NCBI GenBank assembly: GCA_963782345.1 | Contig: CAWAJF010000008.1 | Location: 67,946 to 131,945 of the forward strand | DNA: 64,000 nucleotides | From: an uncultured Solirubrobacterales bacterium | Lineage (GTDB): Bacteria; Actinomycetota; Thermoleophilia; Solirubrobacterales; 70-9 | Direction of reading: 5' to 3' | Shown: one piece after another, positions 29,640 through 40,312 of the stretch | Layout: each line of letters starts with the position of its first letter | Numbering within the stretch: position 1 is the stretch's first letter | Program-made: the position numbers and the translations under genes | The notes under the pieces: model-generated | Told to the model about the DNA's origin: nothing | Database searches by the model: none | Seen by the model: only the letters and a program-made list of their open reading frames with translations

Positions 29640-30605
29640 GTGGCTAGGGCCATATGGAGTGGATCGATCAGCTTCGGGCTTCTGAACGTGCCCGTGAAGC
29701 TGTATAGCGCGGTCTCCAAGCAGACCGTGCGCTTCCGCGAGCTGCGCGAGGGCGATGCCTCGCGCGTGAAGCACAAGCGGGTCGCCGAGTCCGACGGCAA
29801 GGAGGTCCCCTACGACAAGATCGTGAAGGGCTACGAGTACGCGCCCGACCAGTACGTCGTCCTCAGCCGCGAGGAGCTCTCGGAGCTCGAGCCGCAGCGG
29901 AGCCGCGCGATCGAGATCCAGGACTTCGTCGACCTCGACGACATCGATCCCATCTACTTCGAGCAGCCCTACTTCCTCGGCCCCGACAGGGGCGCCGCCC
30001 GCGCGTACGCGCTCCTCGTCCAGGCGATGAAGGGCTCGCGCAAGGTCGCCGTCGCCCGCTTCGTCCTCCGCAACAAGGAGCACCTCGCCGCGATCCGGCC
30101 GATGGATGACGTCCTCACCCTGACCACGATGCGCTTCCACGACGAGGTGAGCTCGCCGCAGGACCTGGATGGCGAGGTCTTCGAGGACGAGAAGCCGAAG
30201 AAGCCCGATCAGCGCGAGCTGGAGATGGCCAAGCAGCTGATCGAATCCCTGACCAGCGACTTCAAGCCGGATCAGTACCGCGATGAGTACCGCGAGGAGC
30301 TCCTCGACCTGCTCGAGCGCAAGGCCGCGGGCAAGGAAGTGGTCAGCGCGCCCACCGAGGAGCCCAAGCCGACCAAGGCGCCGGACCTGATGGCCGCCCT
30401 CGAGGAGAGCCTCGCCGCGGTCAAGGGCGAGGAGTCCGCCTCGGACGGCAAGGCATCGAAGCCGAAGCCCAAGGCGAAGGCCAAGTCCTCGTCACGCTCC
30501 AAGAGCTCATCGAAATCGAGGAGCTCCTCCGGCTCGAACGGCCGGAAGACCAAGTCGGCGGCAAAGACCGCCGCCGGGTCATCGCGCAAGAAGGCAAAGG
30601 CATAG
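29640..30605 (+). CDS. ku: Ku protein (NHEJ DNA end-binding)
   Basis: ORF 29634..30605. GTG 29640 gives the canonical start (M)ARAIWSGSISFGLLNVPVKLY and has GAGGTGA upstream. The C-terminal tail is Lys/Ser-rich. Confidence 0.9.
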   Translation: MARAIWSGSISFGLLNVPVKLYSAVSKQTVRFRELREGDASRVKHKRVAESDGKEVPYDKIVKGYEYAPDQYVVLSREELSELEPQRSRAIEIQDFVDLDDIDPIYFEQPYFLGPDRGAARAYALLVQAMKGSRKVAVARFVLRNKEHLAAIRPMDDVLTLTTMRFHDEVSSPQDLDGEVFEDEKPKKPDQRELEMAKQLIESLTSDFKPDQYRDEYREELLDLLERKAAGKEVVSAPTEEPKPTKAPDLMAALEESLAAVKGEESASDGKASKPKPKAKAKSSSRSKSSSKSRSSSGSNGRKTKSAAKTAAGSSRKKAKA

Positions 30606-30625
30606 CCAAGGCACAGGAAGTAACG

Positions 30626-31534
30626 ATTGGTCGGCGCAAGGTCAAGCTGACCAACCTCGACAAGGTCCTCTACCCGAAGACCAAGACCACCAAGGCCGAG
30701 GTGATCGACTACTACGCGCGGGTCGCGGATGCGATCCTGCCCCACCTGAAGGGCCGCCCGCTGACCCTGCGGCGCTTCCCGGAGGGCGTCGGCAAGCCCC
30801 AGACCTCCTTCTTCGAGAAGAACTGCCCCAAGCACCGGCCGGATTGGGTGAAGACCACCCCGATCTACGTCGACCGTCGCGCCGGCGAGATCGACTTCTG
30901 CATGTGTCAGGACCTCCCCACCCTCACCTGGATGGCGCAGCTGGCCGCCCTGGAGCTCCATCCCTCCCTCTCCAAGGCAACGAAGATGGAGCAGCCCACC
31001 GTCCTCGCCTTCGACCTTGACCCCGGCGCGCCGGCCGGCCTCGTCGAATGCTGCAAGGTGGCGCTGCGGGTGCGGAAGCTCTTCGGAGCGTTCGGCCTCG
31101 AGGGATTCCCGAAGGTCTCGGGAGGCAAGGGCCTCCAGGTCTACCTCCCGCTCAACACCAAGGTCACCTATGAGCAGACGAGCCCCTTCGCCAAGGCGGT
31201 CGCCCAGCTGCTCGAGAAGGAAACGCCCAAGGAGGTCGTCTCGAAGATGGCCAAGGTCGACCGGCGCGGCAAGGTCTTCGTCGACTGGAGCCAGAACCAC
31301 CAGAAGAAGACGACGATCGTCGTCTACTCCCTGCGAGCCCGGGAGCGCCCCACCGCGTCGATTCCCCTGCACTGGCGCGAGGTCGAGCGCACCGCGAAGG
31401 GCGGCGATCCCGACAAGCTCCGCTTCGAGATCCCCGCCGCGATCAAGCGCGTGGAGAAGGAGGGCGACCTCTTCGCGCCGGTGCTCTCCACCAAGCAGAA
31501 GCTGCCGGACATCGGCGAGCTCAACGCCGACTAG
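30626..31534 (+). CDS. LigD polymerase/primase domain protein (NHEJ)
   Basis: Motifs: LTNLDKVLYP..TK.EVIDYY, AFDLDPG and SGGKGLQVY. The track ORF starts at GTG 30701 (MIDYY), but the conserved GRRKVKLTNLDKVLYPKTKTTKAE is encoded in frame upstream, where no ATG, GTG or TTG exists. I place the start at ATT 30626, 5 nt after AGGAAG. Start uncertain. Confidence 0.85.
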   Translation: MGRRKVKLTNLDKVLYPKTKTTKAEVIDYYARVADAILPHLKGRPLTLRRFPEGVGKPQTSFFEKNCPKHRPDWVKTTPIYVDRRAGEIDFCMCQDLPTLTWMAQLAALELHPSLSKATKMEQPTVLAFDLDPGAPAGLVECCKVALRVRKLFGAFGLEGFPKVSGGKGLQVYLPLNTKVTYEQTSPFAKAVAQLLEKETPKEVVSKMAKVDRRGKVFVDWSQNHQKKTTIVVYSLRARERPTASIPLHWREVERTAKGGDPDKLRFEIPAAIKRVEKEGDLFAPVLSTKQKLPDIGELNAD

Positions 31535-31553
31535 CGGCTGGCCTCGAGAGGCG

Positions 31554-33064
31554 CTAGTCCCCGCTTAGCGACTGCCGCAAGACGGGGTTGCGGTTCGCCG
31601 CAACCTCGTCGAGCCGGCGAACCGGGGTCGTGTAGGGAGCGGCCTGTGCGATCCCGGGATCGTCGGCCGCCTCGTCCAAGATCGCCTCGATCGCCTCGGT
31701 GAAGGCATCGAGCGTCTCACGCGTCTCCGTCTCGGTCGGCTCCACCATCAGCGCCTCGTCGACCAGCAGCGGGAAGTACACCGTCGGAGGATGCATGCCG
31801 AAGTCGAGCAGGCGCTTGGCGATGTCCAGGGTCTTGATGCCGAGCTCCTTCTTCGCCGGCGCTCCGGAGAGGACGAACTCGTGCATCGGGCGGCGGCCGA
31901 AGGCGACCGGCGCGTATCTGCCCGCCTTCCCGTCGCTGAGCCTGGCGAGCAGGTAGTTGGCGTTCAGCACCGCGGTCTCGGAGGCCTCCTGGAGCCCGTC
32001 GCCGCCGAGGCTGAGGATGTAGGCGTAGGAGCGAACGAAGACGCCGAAGTTGCCCTGGAACCCGCGCAACCGCCCGATGGACTTGGGCCGGTCGAAGTCG
32101 AGGTCGAACGACGGCTCTCCCCCGTTCTGCGGTTCGCGCCGGACGACCTGCGGGCGCGGCAGGAAGGGGTCGATCCGGTCGCTGCAGGCGATCGGACCCG
32201 CGCCCGGACCACCTCCTCCGTGCGGTTGTGAGAACGACTTGTGGAGGTTGACGTGGACGATGTCGAAGCCCATGTCCCCCGGCCGCGAGCGGCCCATGAT
32301 CGCGTTCAGGTTGGCGCCGTCGTAGTAGAGGGTGCCGCCGGCCTCGTGGACGATCGAGGCGATCTCCTCGATGTTCTCGTCGAAGAGCCCCAGTGTGTTG
32401 GGGTTGGTGAGCATCAGGCAGGCGGTGTCGTCGCCGGCCTTCGCGCGGAGGTCGTCCAGCTCGATGCCGCCCTTCTCGTTGGAGGCCAGCTTGACGACGT
32501 CGTAGCCCGCCATGGTCACCGTGGCGGGGTTGGTGCCGTGAGCGGTGTCCGGGGTGAGGACCTTGGTCCGGTTCTCGCCGCGATCGGCGTGGTAGGCACG
32601 GGTCAGCAACAGGCCCGCCAGCTCGCCGTGCGAGCCCGCCGAGGGCTGGAGGCTCACGTGCGGCAGGCCGCAGATCTCCGAGAGCGACTGCTGGAGCAGC
32701 CACATCAGCTCCAGCGCGCCCTGCGCCCGCTTCGGCTCCTGGGCGGGGTGCAGGCGCGCATGGCCCGGCAGGGCCGCCACCCGCTCGTTGAGGCGCGGGT
32801 TGTGCTTCATCGTGCATGAGCCGAGCGGATAGAAGCCGGTGTCGAGGTCGAAGTTCCGCCGGGAGATCCGGTTGTAATGGCGGACGATCTCGGGCTCGGA
32901 GATCTCCGGCAGCTCCGCGGGGGCGGAGCGCAGGAGGCTCTTTGGAATGAGCTCGTCGAGCGGGCGCTCGTCGACGTCGGCCGCCGGGAGCGTCGCGGCG
33001 CGGCGGCCCTCGACCGAGCGCTCGTAGATCGTCGTCGCGCGGTCGCGCTGCATCGGGGTCTCGT

Positions 33065-33068
<4 letters not shown>
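31554..33068 (-). CDS. gcvPB: glycine dehydrogenase (aminomethyl-transferring) subunit 2
   Basis: 504 aa with the GcvPB PLP-binding region (HVNLHKSF). Overlaps the gcvPA stop. Confidence 0.95.
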
Positions 33069-34450
<1,382 letters not shown>

Positions 34451-34501
34451 GGGCGAATCATCGTAGAGGCCGTCGCTGATGGGGCCGCCGGGGCGGCCGG
34501 G

Positions 34502-34843
34502 CTAATCCGCGTTCTGGGCCCGATAGGTGACGACTTCCACCCGCTCGAGGGTGACCATTCCCTCGGTGACCATCTCGTCGAGCTTGGGCATGATCGCCTC
34601 GATCCGCTCCGCTCGGTCGGCGACCTCGATCACGATCGGGAGGTCCTCGGAAAGCCGGAGGATGCGGGCGGTGTGGAGGTGCGAGTTGGCGCCGAATCCC
34701 TCGATCCCTCGCAGGACGGTCGCCCCGGCCATCCCCTCCTCCCGGAGCATCTCGACGATCGCCTGGTAGAGCGGCTTGCGCCCATGCTTGTCGGACTCGC
34801 CGATGAAGATCCGCAGCAGCTTGCCCTCACCCTCGAGCTTCAC
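34502..34843 (-). CDS. DUF190 (PII-like) protein associated with fluoride channels
   Basis: ORF 34502..35113. The DUF190 sequence starts at GTG 34843 (VKLEGEGKLLRIFIGESDKHGRKPLY...GATVLRGIEGFG) and overlaps the crcB stop as GTGA. Confidence 0.85.
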   Translation of the reverse strand: MKLEGEGKLLRIFIGESDKHGRKPLYQAIVEMLREEGMAGATVLRGIEGFGANSHLHTARILRLSEDLPIVIEVADRAERIEAIMPKLDEMVTEGMVTLERVEVVTYRAQNAD

Positions 34844-35211
34844 AGGGTCCTCCCGAGCGCGAGCCCGGTGAACGCCGCGAGCATGCCGAGCGCCACCATT
34901 CCGACGGAGTTCACCAGAGCCAGCCCGATCGCGCCGTCCTCGGCGAGCTTGACGCTCTCGTAGGCGTAGGTGGAGAAGGTCGTGAAGGAACCGAGGAAAC
35001 CGATGCCGAGGGCGACGCGCCAGTTCGGATGCGGCAGCAGCCGCTCGGTGGTGAGGGCCACCAGCAGGCCGAGTGCGAAGGCGCCGACGACGTTGACAAC
35101 GAACGTCCCCCATGGGAACTGTCCGTGGGTGAGGTCGCTGATGCGACCGTCGAGCCAGTAGCGGCTGACCGCGCCGCCGGCTCCGAACACAGCCACCAGC
35201 AGATATGTCAC
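34840..35211 (-). CDS. crcB: fluoride ion channel CrcB/FluC
   Basis: 123 aa with 4 TMS and GAVSRY...FPWGTFVVNVVGAF...GFLGSFTTFST. It has a GTG start with GAGGAGG 6 nt upstream, and is preceded by a fluoride riboswitch. Confidence 0.9.
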   Translation of the reverse strand: MTYLLVAVFGAGGAVSRYWLDGRISDLTHGQFPWGTFVVNVVGAFALGLLVALTTERLLPHPNWRVALGIGFLGSFTTFSTYAYESVKLAEDGAIGLALVNSVGMVALGMLAAFTGLALGRTL

Positions 35212-35241
35212 CGAAGACCTCCTCGTGCCTTGGACATCGAC

Positions 35242-35293
35242 GTAGAGGCCATCAGCGGCGCAAACCGCGGTTAGGAGCGAGCCTCATCGCTCG
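35242..35293 (-). promoter_or_regulatory. fluoride riboswitch (crcB RNA motif)
   Basis: The minus-strand RNA is CGAGCGAUGAGGCUCGCUCCUAACCGCGGUUUGCGCCGCUGAUGGCCUCUAC. P1 is GAGCGA/UCGCUC enclosing UGAGGC. It has the UAACCGC core, the P3 stem GCGG-UUUGCG-CCGC and GCUGAUG. The 3' GCCUC can pair with the loop GAGGC to form the pseudoknot. This matches the crcB motif consensus as I recall it, and it sits directly upstream of crcB. Confidence 0.8.
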
Positions 35294-35466
35294 GGCGGAA
35301 CCGTAGCCGAAAGGGCCGCAATGCCCTCCCGCACGGCGTAGTAGGTGATCGTCAGCGCCGCCGCCGGGTCGGCCCAGGCGAATCCGAGTAGCGCATCTGC
35401 CAGCAGCGCGAGAAGCACGCCCGCGGCCAAGAGCGCGTCGATCAGAGTCGCCCTGGCCTCTGTCAC
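35284..35466 (-). pseudogene. remnant of a cation diffusion facilitator (CDF) transporter (TM5-TM6 only)
   Basis: The 60-aa ORF MTEARATLIDALLAAGVLLALLADALLGFAWADPAAALTITYYAVREGIAAL resembles the TM5/TM6 region of CDF proteins (D..L......G..WADP). There is no TM1-4 and no cytoplasmic domain. Its 3' end overlaps the riboswitch. Confidence 0.35.
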
Positions 35467-35532
35467 GAGGACGGGATTACGCGAGCGTCGCGTACTCGAG
35501 GCGAAGCGCCCGGCGGAGCAGGCCTCGGCGCT

Positions 35533-35928
35533 CTAGTCCGAGTCCTCGAGCAGCTTCTTGTACGCGGCCGAGTCCATCAATGCGTCGGCCTCCGACGGAT
35601 CGGACAGCTTCACCTTCACCATCCAGCCGTCACCGTATGGGTCCTGGTTGATCTTCTCGGGGTTCTCCGAGAGCGCCGAGTTCACCTCGGTCACCTCGCC
35701 CGAGAGCGGTGCGTAGACGTCGGACACCGCCTTGACCGACTCCACCTCCGCGTAGGCCTCGTCCTTCGCGACCTCCTTGCCCGCCTCGGGGGGCTCGTAG
35801 AAGACCACCTCGCCGAGGGCGTCCTGCGCGTACCAGGTGACCCCGAAGGTCGCCTGGTCGCCCTCGATGCGAGCCCAGTCGTGCTCGGGGTGGTAGCGGA
35901 GATCGTCGGGATAGCTCTCGTCAGCCAC
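35533..35928 (-). CDS. gcvH: glycine cleavage system protein H
   Basis: 131 aa with the lipoyl-lysine region EVESVKAVSDVYAPLSGEV. Confidence 0.95.
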   Translation of the reverse strand: MADESYPDDLRYHPEHDWARIEGDQATFGVTWYAQDALGEVVFYEPPEAGKEVAKDEAYAEVESVKAVSDVYAPLSGEVTEVNSALSENPEKINQDPYGDGWMVKVKLSDPSEADALMDSAAYKKLLEDSD

Positions 35929-35937
35929 GGATGGAAT

Positions 35938-37042
<1,105 letters not shown>

Positions 37043-37044
<2 letters not shown>

Positions 37045-37248
37045 GAGCCTGACCCAGGAGCAGATGATCGAGCGGCTGCGGCGCAACAACGAGGCGTTCA
37101 ACCGAGGCGAATTCGACGCGGTGATCCGGTGGCGGATCCGGAGATCGACTCACTGGTCGTCTGGACCTTCAACGACACGGGCGTCACCCGCGTCGAGGCG
37201 TTCCAGGTGCACGAGGAGGAGGCGGCGCGACGCGCGCTCCCCGGCTGA
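37043..37248 (+). pseudogene. relic of a SnoaL-like / NTF2-fold gene
   Basis: MSLTQEQMIERLRRNNEAFNRGEFDAVI is in one frame, and ADPEIDSLVVWTFNDTGVTRVEAFQVHEEEAARRALPG-stop is in another. Together they look like the N- and C-terminal ends of a ~130-aa SnoaL-like protein with a frameshift and the middle deleted. Confidence 0.35.
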
Positions 37249-37254
37249 CGCTTG

Positions 37255-38334
37255 CTACTTCAGGAAGTCCGGAACGTCGATCTCGGACTCGGAGATCCGC
37301 AGGTCCGAGAGCGTCTCGCGACTGCGGCCGACCGCCGCCGGGCGGCGCTCCGCCGCTCGGGCCGTGAACTCCGGCGCCCTGGCGATCATCTCGAAGCCCT
37401 CGAAGCCGGTGGCGATCACGGTCACTCTGACCTCCTCGTGCATCGAGGAGTCGACCACGGCCCCGAAGACGATGTTGGCGTTCGCGTCGGCGGCCTGGAT
37501 GCACATGCGCGCCGCTTCGTTCACCTCGAACAGCCCGAGGTCCTCGCCGCCGGTGACGTTCAGGAGCATGCCCTTGGCGCCGTCGATCTGCTCCTCGATC
37601 AGGGGCGAGGTGATCGCCGCCTTGGCGGCCTCGACGGCGCGGTTCTCACCGGTGCCGGTGCCGACGCCCATCAGCGCCGAGCCGGCCTGGTGCATGACCA
37701 GGCGGACGTCGGCGAAGTCGAGGTTGATCAGACCGGGAATCGTGATCAGGTCGGTGATGCCCTGGACACCCTGCCGGAGGATGTCGTCGGCCTCGCGGAA
37801 GGCCTCGAGGATGGTGGTTCTGCGCTCGACGATCTGGAGAAGCTTCTCGTTCGGCACGGTGATCAGGGTGTCGACCTCCCGCCGGAGGCGGTCGATCCCC
37901 TCCTCGGCCTGGGCCATCCGCTTCTTGCCCTCGAACTCGAAGGGCTTGGTGACCGCGCCGACGGTGAGGGCGCCGATCTCCTGCTTCGCGATCTCGGCGA
38001 TCACCGGGGCGGCGCCCGTACCCGTGCCGCCACCCTCGCCGCACGTGATGAAGATCATGTCCGCGCCCTTCAGCGCGTCCTTGATCTCGTCGCGTGACTC
38101 GGCGGCGGCGCCTGCACCGACCTCGGGGTTCGCGCCCGCGCCGAGGCCCTTGGTCAGGTTGTGACCGATGCCGATCTTGACGTCGGCATCACACGCCTGC
38201 AGCGCCTGAGCGTCGGTGTTGACGGCGACGAACTCGACCCCGCGCAGGCCAGCGTCAACCATTCGACTGACGGCGTTCGAACCGCCGCCACCGACTCCAA
38301 CGACCTTGATTACGGCCAGATATGACGTTTCCAT
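37255..38334 (-). CDS. ftsZ: cell division protein FtsZ
   Basis: ORF 37255..38439. The conserved start is [22 protein letters not shown] at ATG 38334, and the T4 loop reads [11 protein letters not shown]. Confidence 0.95.
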   Translation of the reverse strand: METSYLAVIKVVGVGGGGSNAVSRMVDAGLRGVEFVAVNTDAQALQACDADVKIGIGHNLTKGLGAGANPEVGAGAAAESRDEIKDALKGADMIFITCGEGGGTGTGAAPVIAEIAKQEIGALTVGAVTKPFEFEGKKRMAQAEEGIDRLRREVDTLITVPNEKLLQIVERRTTILEAFREADDILRQGVQGITDLITIPGLINLDFADVRLVMHQAGSALMGVGTGTGENRAVEAAKAAITSPLIEEQIDGAKGMLLNVTGGEDLGLFEVNEAARMCIQAADANANIVFGAVVDSSMHEEVRVTVIATGFEGFEMIARAPEFTARAAERRPAAVGRSRETLSDLRISESEIDVPDFLK

Positions 38335-38645
38335 GGTTGGTCCTGCTCCGAGCCCCTCACCGCCGATTCGGCTGCGGGGCAATACCGATTTACGGACACG
38401 ATACGCGGTTTCCTGCACTCCGCAAGCCTGTAGTCTCAAGTCTGGCTTGAGAGTTCCTGCGGGGTGAGTCTAGTGTGGAGGTCGAGGTCTAGAGTTGGTT
38501 GAGACCCAGTAAATAGCCTGCAAATCGCGTATTTCCGAGGCGGCCCTTCCAGCCCTCGCTCGGGATGGCTTCCCGGCACGCAGAGCCCGAAATTGGGGTG
38601 CATGGCTCGTTGCAGACACCCTCCGGCGGGCCTCCCGCGCCGCTC

Positions 38646-39413
38646 TCAGCCGCCCGAAACGGGCCGATCGGGCACGCTGACATCGAGGTAGGACGGCGAG
38701 CCGCGCGCGTCGCCGGAGAGCACGGCGACGGCTGCCTCCCACTTGGCCTGGGCCCGCGCGCCGTCCCCGAAGCGAATCTCGGGGCCGTTGTGCAGGTCGA
38801 CCACGACCCCACCTCGATTCTCGTCCCAGGTGGATGCGGTGATGCGGTTCCGGAGGGGCTCCGGAGTCGCCCCGAGGATCGCGGCCTGCGCGGTTGCGTC
38901 TTCGTCGAGGCGGACACCGTGCGCAGCCGCCCCCTCGATCCGCGGCAGCGCCTTCGCGTCGAAGTCCGCGCCCACCAGCAGGTAGCCGTCGGCCGATACC
39001 GCCGTCCGGCGCCCCGCGACCTTGATGAAGGCGACAGGGAGCCGTTCCGTGATCGTCACCTTCAGGCCATGGGGGAAGCTCGTGCTGGCTGCCACGGAGG
39101 CAACGGTGGGAAAGCGGGCGACGGCGTCATGGAGCTCACCGTCCTTGATGTGGAGGGTGGTCATGTCACCGGCCGCCCGCTCGACCGCCGACTTGATCTG
39201 GCGCTCGTTGGTGGTCGCTCCCTTGATCGTGACGTCCTGGATCGCAAACCAGGAGAGGTTCCGGAACCAGAGCATGTAGCCGCCGTAGAGGACAAGCAGA
39301 ACGATGGCGGCCGCGAGCAGCCGGCGGCGGATGACCGCGCCCCTTGCGGCCGGTGCTCTCCTCGCGGGTACCCGGCGGGCGGGCCTGGTCTGGCCTACGG
39401 CTCGAGTTGCCAT
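38646..39413 (-). CDS. ftsQ: cell division protein FtsQ (POTRA domain)
   Basis: This is the C-terminal part of ORF 38646..40346. It starts at ATG 39413 (MATRAVGQTRPARR...), has one TM (LLAAAIVLLVLYGGYMLWF), then a POTRA domain (IQDVTIKGATTNERQIKSAV). Its start overlaps the murB 3' end by 19 nt. Confidence 0.8.
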   Translation of the reverse strand: MATRAVGQTRPARRVPARRAPAARGAVIRRRLLAAAIVLLVLYGGYMLWFRNLSWFAIQDVTIKGATTNERQIKSAVERAAGDMTTLHIKDGELHDAVARFPTVASVAASTSFPHGLKVTITERLPVAFIKVAGRRTAVSADGYLLVGADFDAKALPRIEGAAAHGVRLDEDATAQAAILGATPEPLRNRITASTWDENRGGVVVDLHNGPEIRFGDGARAQAKWEAAVAVLSGDARGSPSYLDVSVPDRPVSGG

Positions 39414-40312
39414 CCCTCCGGCCAGCTCACCTCCCCCAGGACCTGCACCTCGGGCTCCAGGACGACGCCGAAGCGATCGTGAACCCTGCGACGGGCCTCC
39501 GCCATCAGCTGGAGGATGTCCGCGGTGGTGGCGCCGCCGGTGTTCTCGACGAAGTTCGCGTGCTTCGGGGAGAGGCGGGCGCCTCCGATCTCGAGTCCCT
39601 GGCAGTCCGCCGCGTCGAGCAGCTGCCCCGCGGAGCGGCCGTCCGCCCGCGCGTCCTCGGGGTTCATGAAGGTCGAGCCGAAGGTCTTGATGCCCGATGG
39701 CTGGGCCTCCTTTCGCCTGCGCCGCATGTTCGCCATGGTGGCTTTCACGTCGGCCGGATTCGCCTCGGCGAGAGCGAAGGCGGCGAGCGCGACAACGTCG
39801 CGCTCGGCGAGGTTGGATCCCCGGTAGCGGAAGCCGAGGTCCTCGGGGCGGCGCTCCTCGGCTCCGCCCGGGGTGCAGACGGTGACCCGGTCCAGCACGC
39901 GCCCGAGCTCTCCGCCGTAAGCGTTTGCGTTCATCCGGACCGCCCCGCCGACGGTCCCGGGGATGTTCACTCCGAACTCCAGCCCCATGAGGCCCCAGCC
40001 GGCCGCCTTCGCCGCCGCCGAGGGCAGTCGGGCCCCGCCGCCGCAGACGATGCGGTTGCCGTCGCGCTCCACCCGAGTCAATCCTCCGGCGAGCTTCATC
40101 ACCAGGCCGCGAAAGCCCTGATCGGAGACGAGCAGGTTCGATCCCGACCCGACGACGCCCACCGGGAGCCCCTGCGCCTCGGCCCAGGCGAGCAGCTCGA
40201 TCACGCGATCCTCGGTCTCCGGGCGGGCGAAGAAGTCCGCGGAGCCGCCGGCGCGCACCGTGGTGAGCCGCGAGAGTGGATAGTCGCGCTCGACGGCCTC
40301 CGGCGCGCTCAT
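39395..40312 (-). CDS. murB: UDP-N-acetylenolpyruvoylglucosamine reductase
   Basis: ORF 39395..41230. The start MSAPEAVERDYPLSRLTTVRAGGSADFF sits at ATG 40312, overlapping the murC stop as ATGA. An FAD-binding domain is present. Confidence 0.9.
   Translation of the reverse strand: MSAPEAVERDYPLSRLTTVRAGGSADFFARPETEDRVIELLAWAEAQGLPVGVVGSGSNLLVSDQGFRGLVMKLAGGLTRVERDGNRIVCGGGARLPSAAAKAAGWGLMGLEFGVNIPGTVGGAVRMNANAYGGELGRVLDRVTVCTPGGAEERRPEDLGFRYRGSNLAERDVVALAAFALAEANPADVKATMANMRRRRKEAQPSGIKTFGSTFMNPEDARADGRSAGQLLDAADCQGLEIGGARLSPKHANFVENTGGATTADILQLMAEARRRVHDRFGVVLEPEVQVLGEVSWPEGWQLEP

Noticed and set aside
34451-34501. A possible glycine riboswitch or second fluoride-like element upstream of gcvPA. 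GGCCTCTACG is shared with the 3' part of the crcB riboswitch.
   Set aside because: Only a 10-nt match is present. There is no P1 or P3 helix and no conserved glycine-riboswitch core, and the 51-nt spacer is too short for either aptamer.
38335-38439. N-terminal extensions of track ORFs beyond the conserved protein starts. Affected genes are ftsZ to 38439, rpe to 963, def to 2960, cmk to 12151, aroA to 13825, the fetA-like gene to 27815, ligase from 26265, ftsQ to 40346, murB to 41230, rsmH to 53261 and the macro gene from 56101.
   Set aside because: The extensions overlap neighbouring genes, are compositionally non-coding-like, and precede well-conserved canonical N-termini that have their own start codons. 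These starts often form 4-nt overlaps with the upstream stop.
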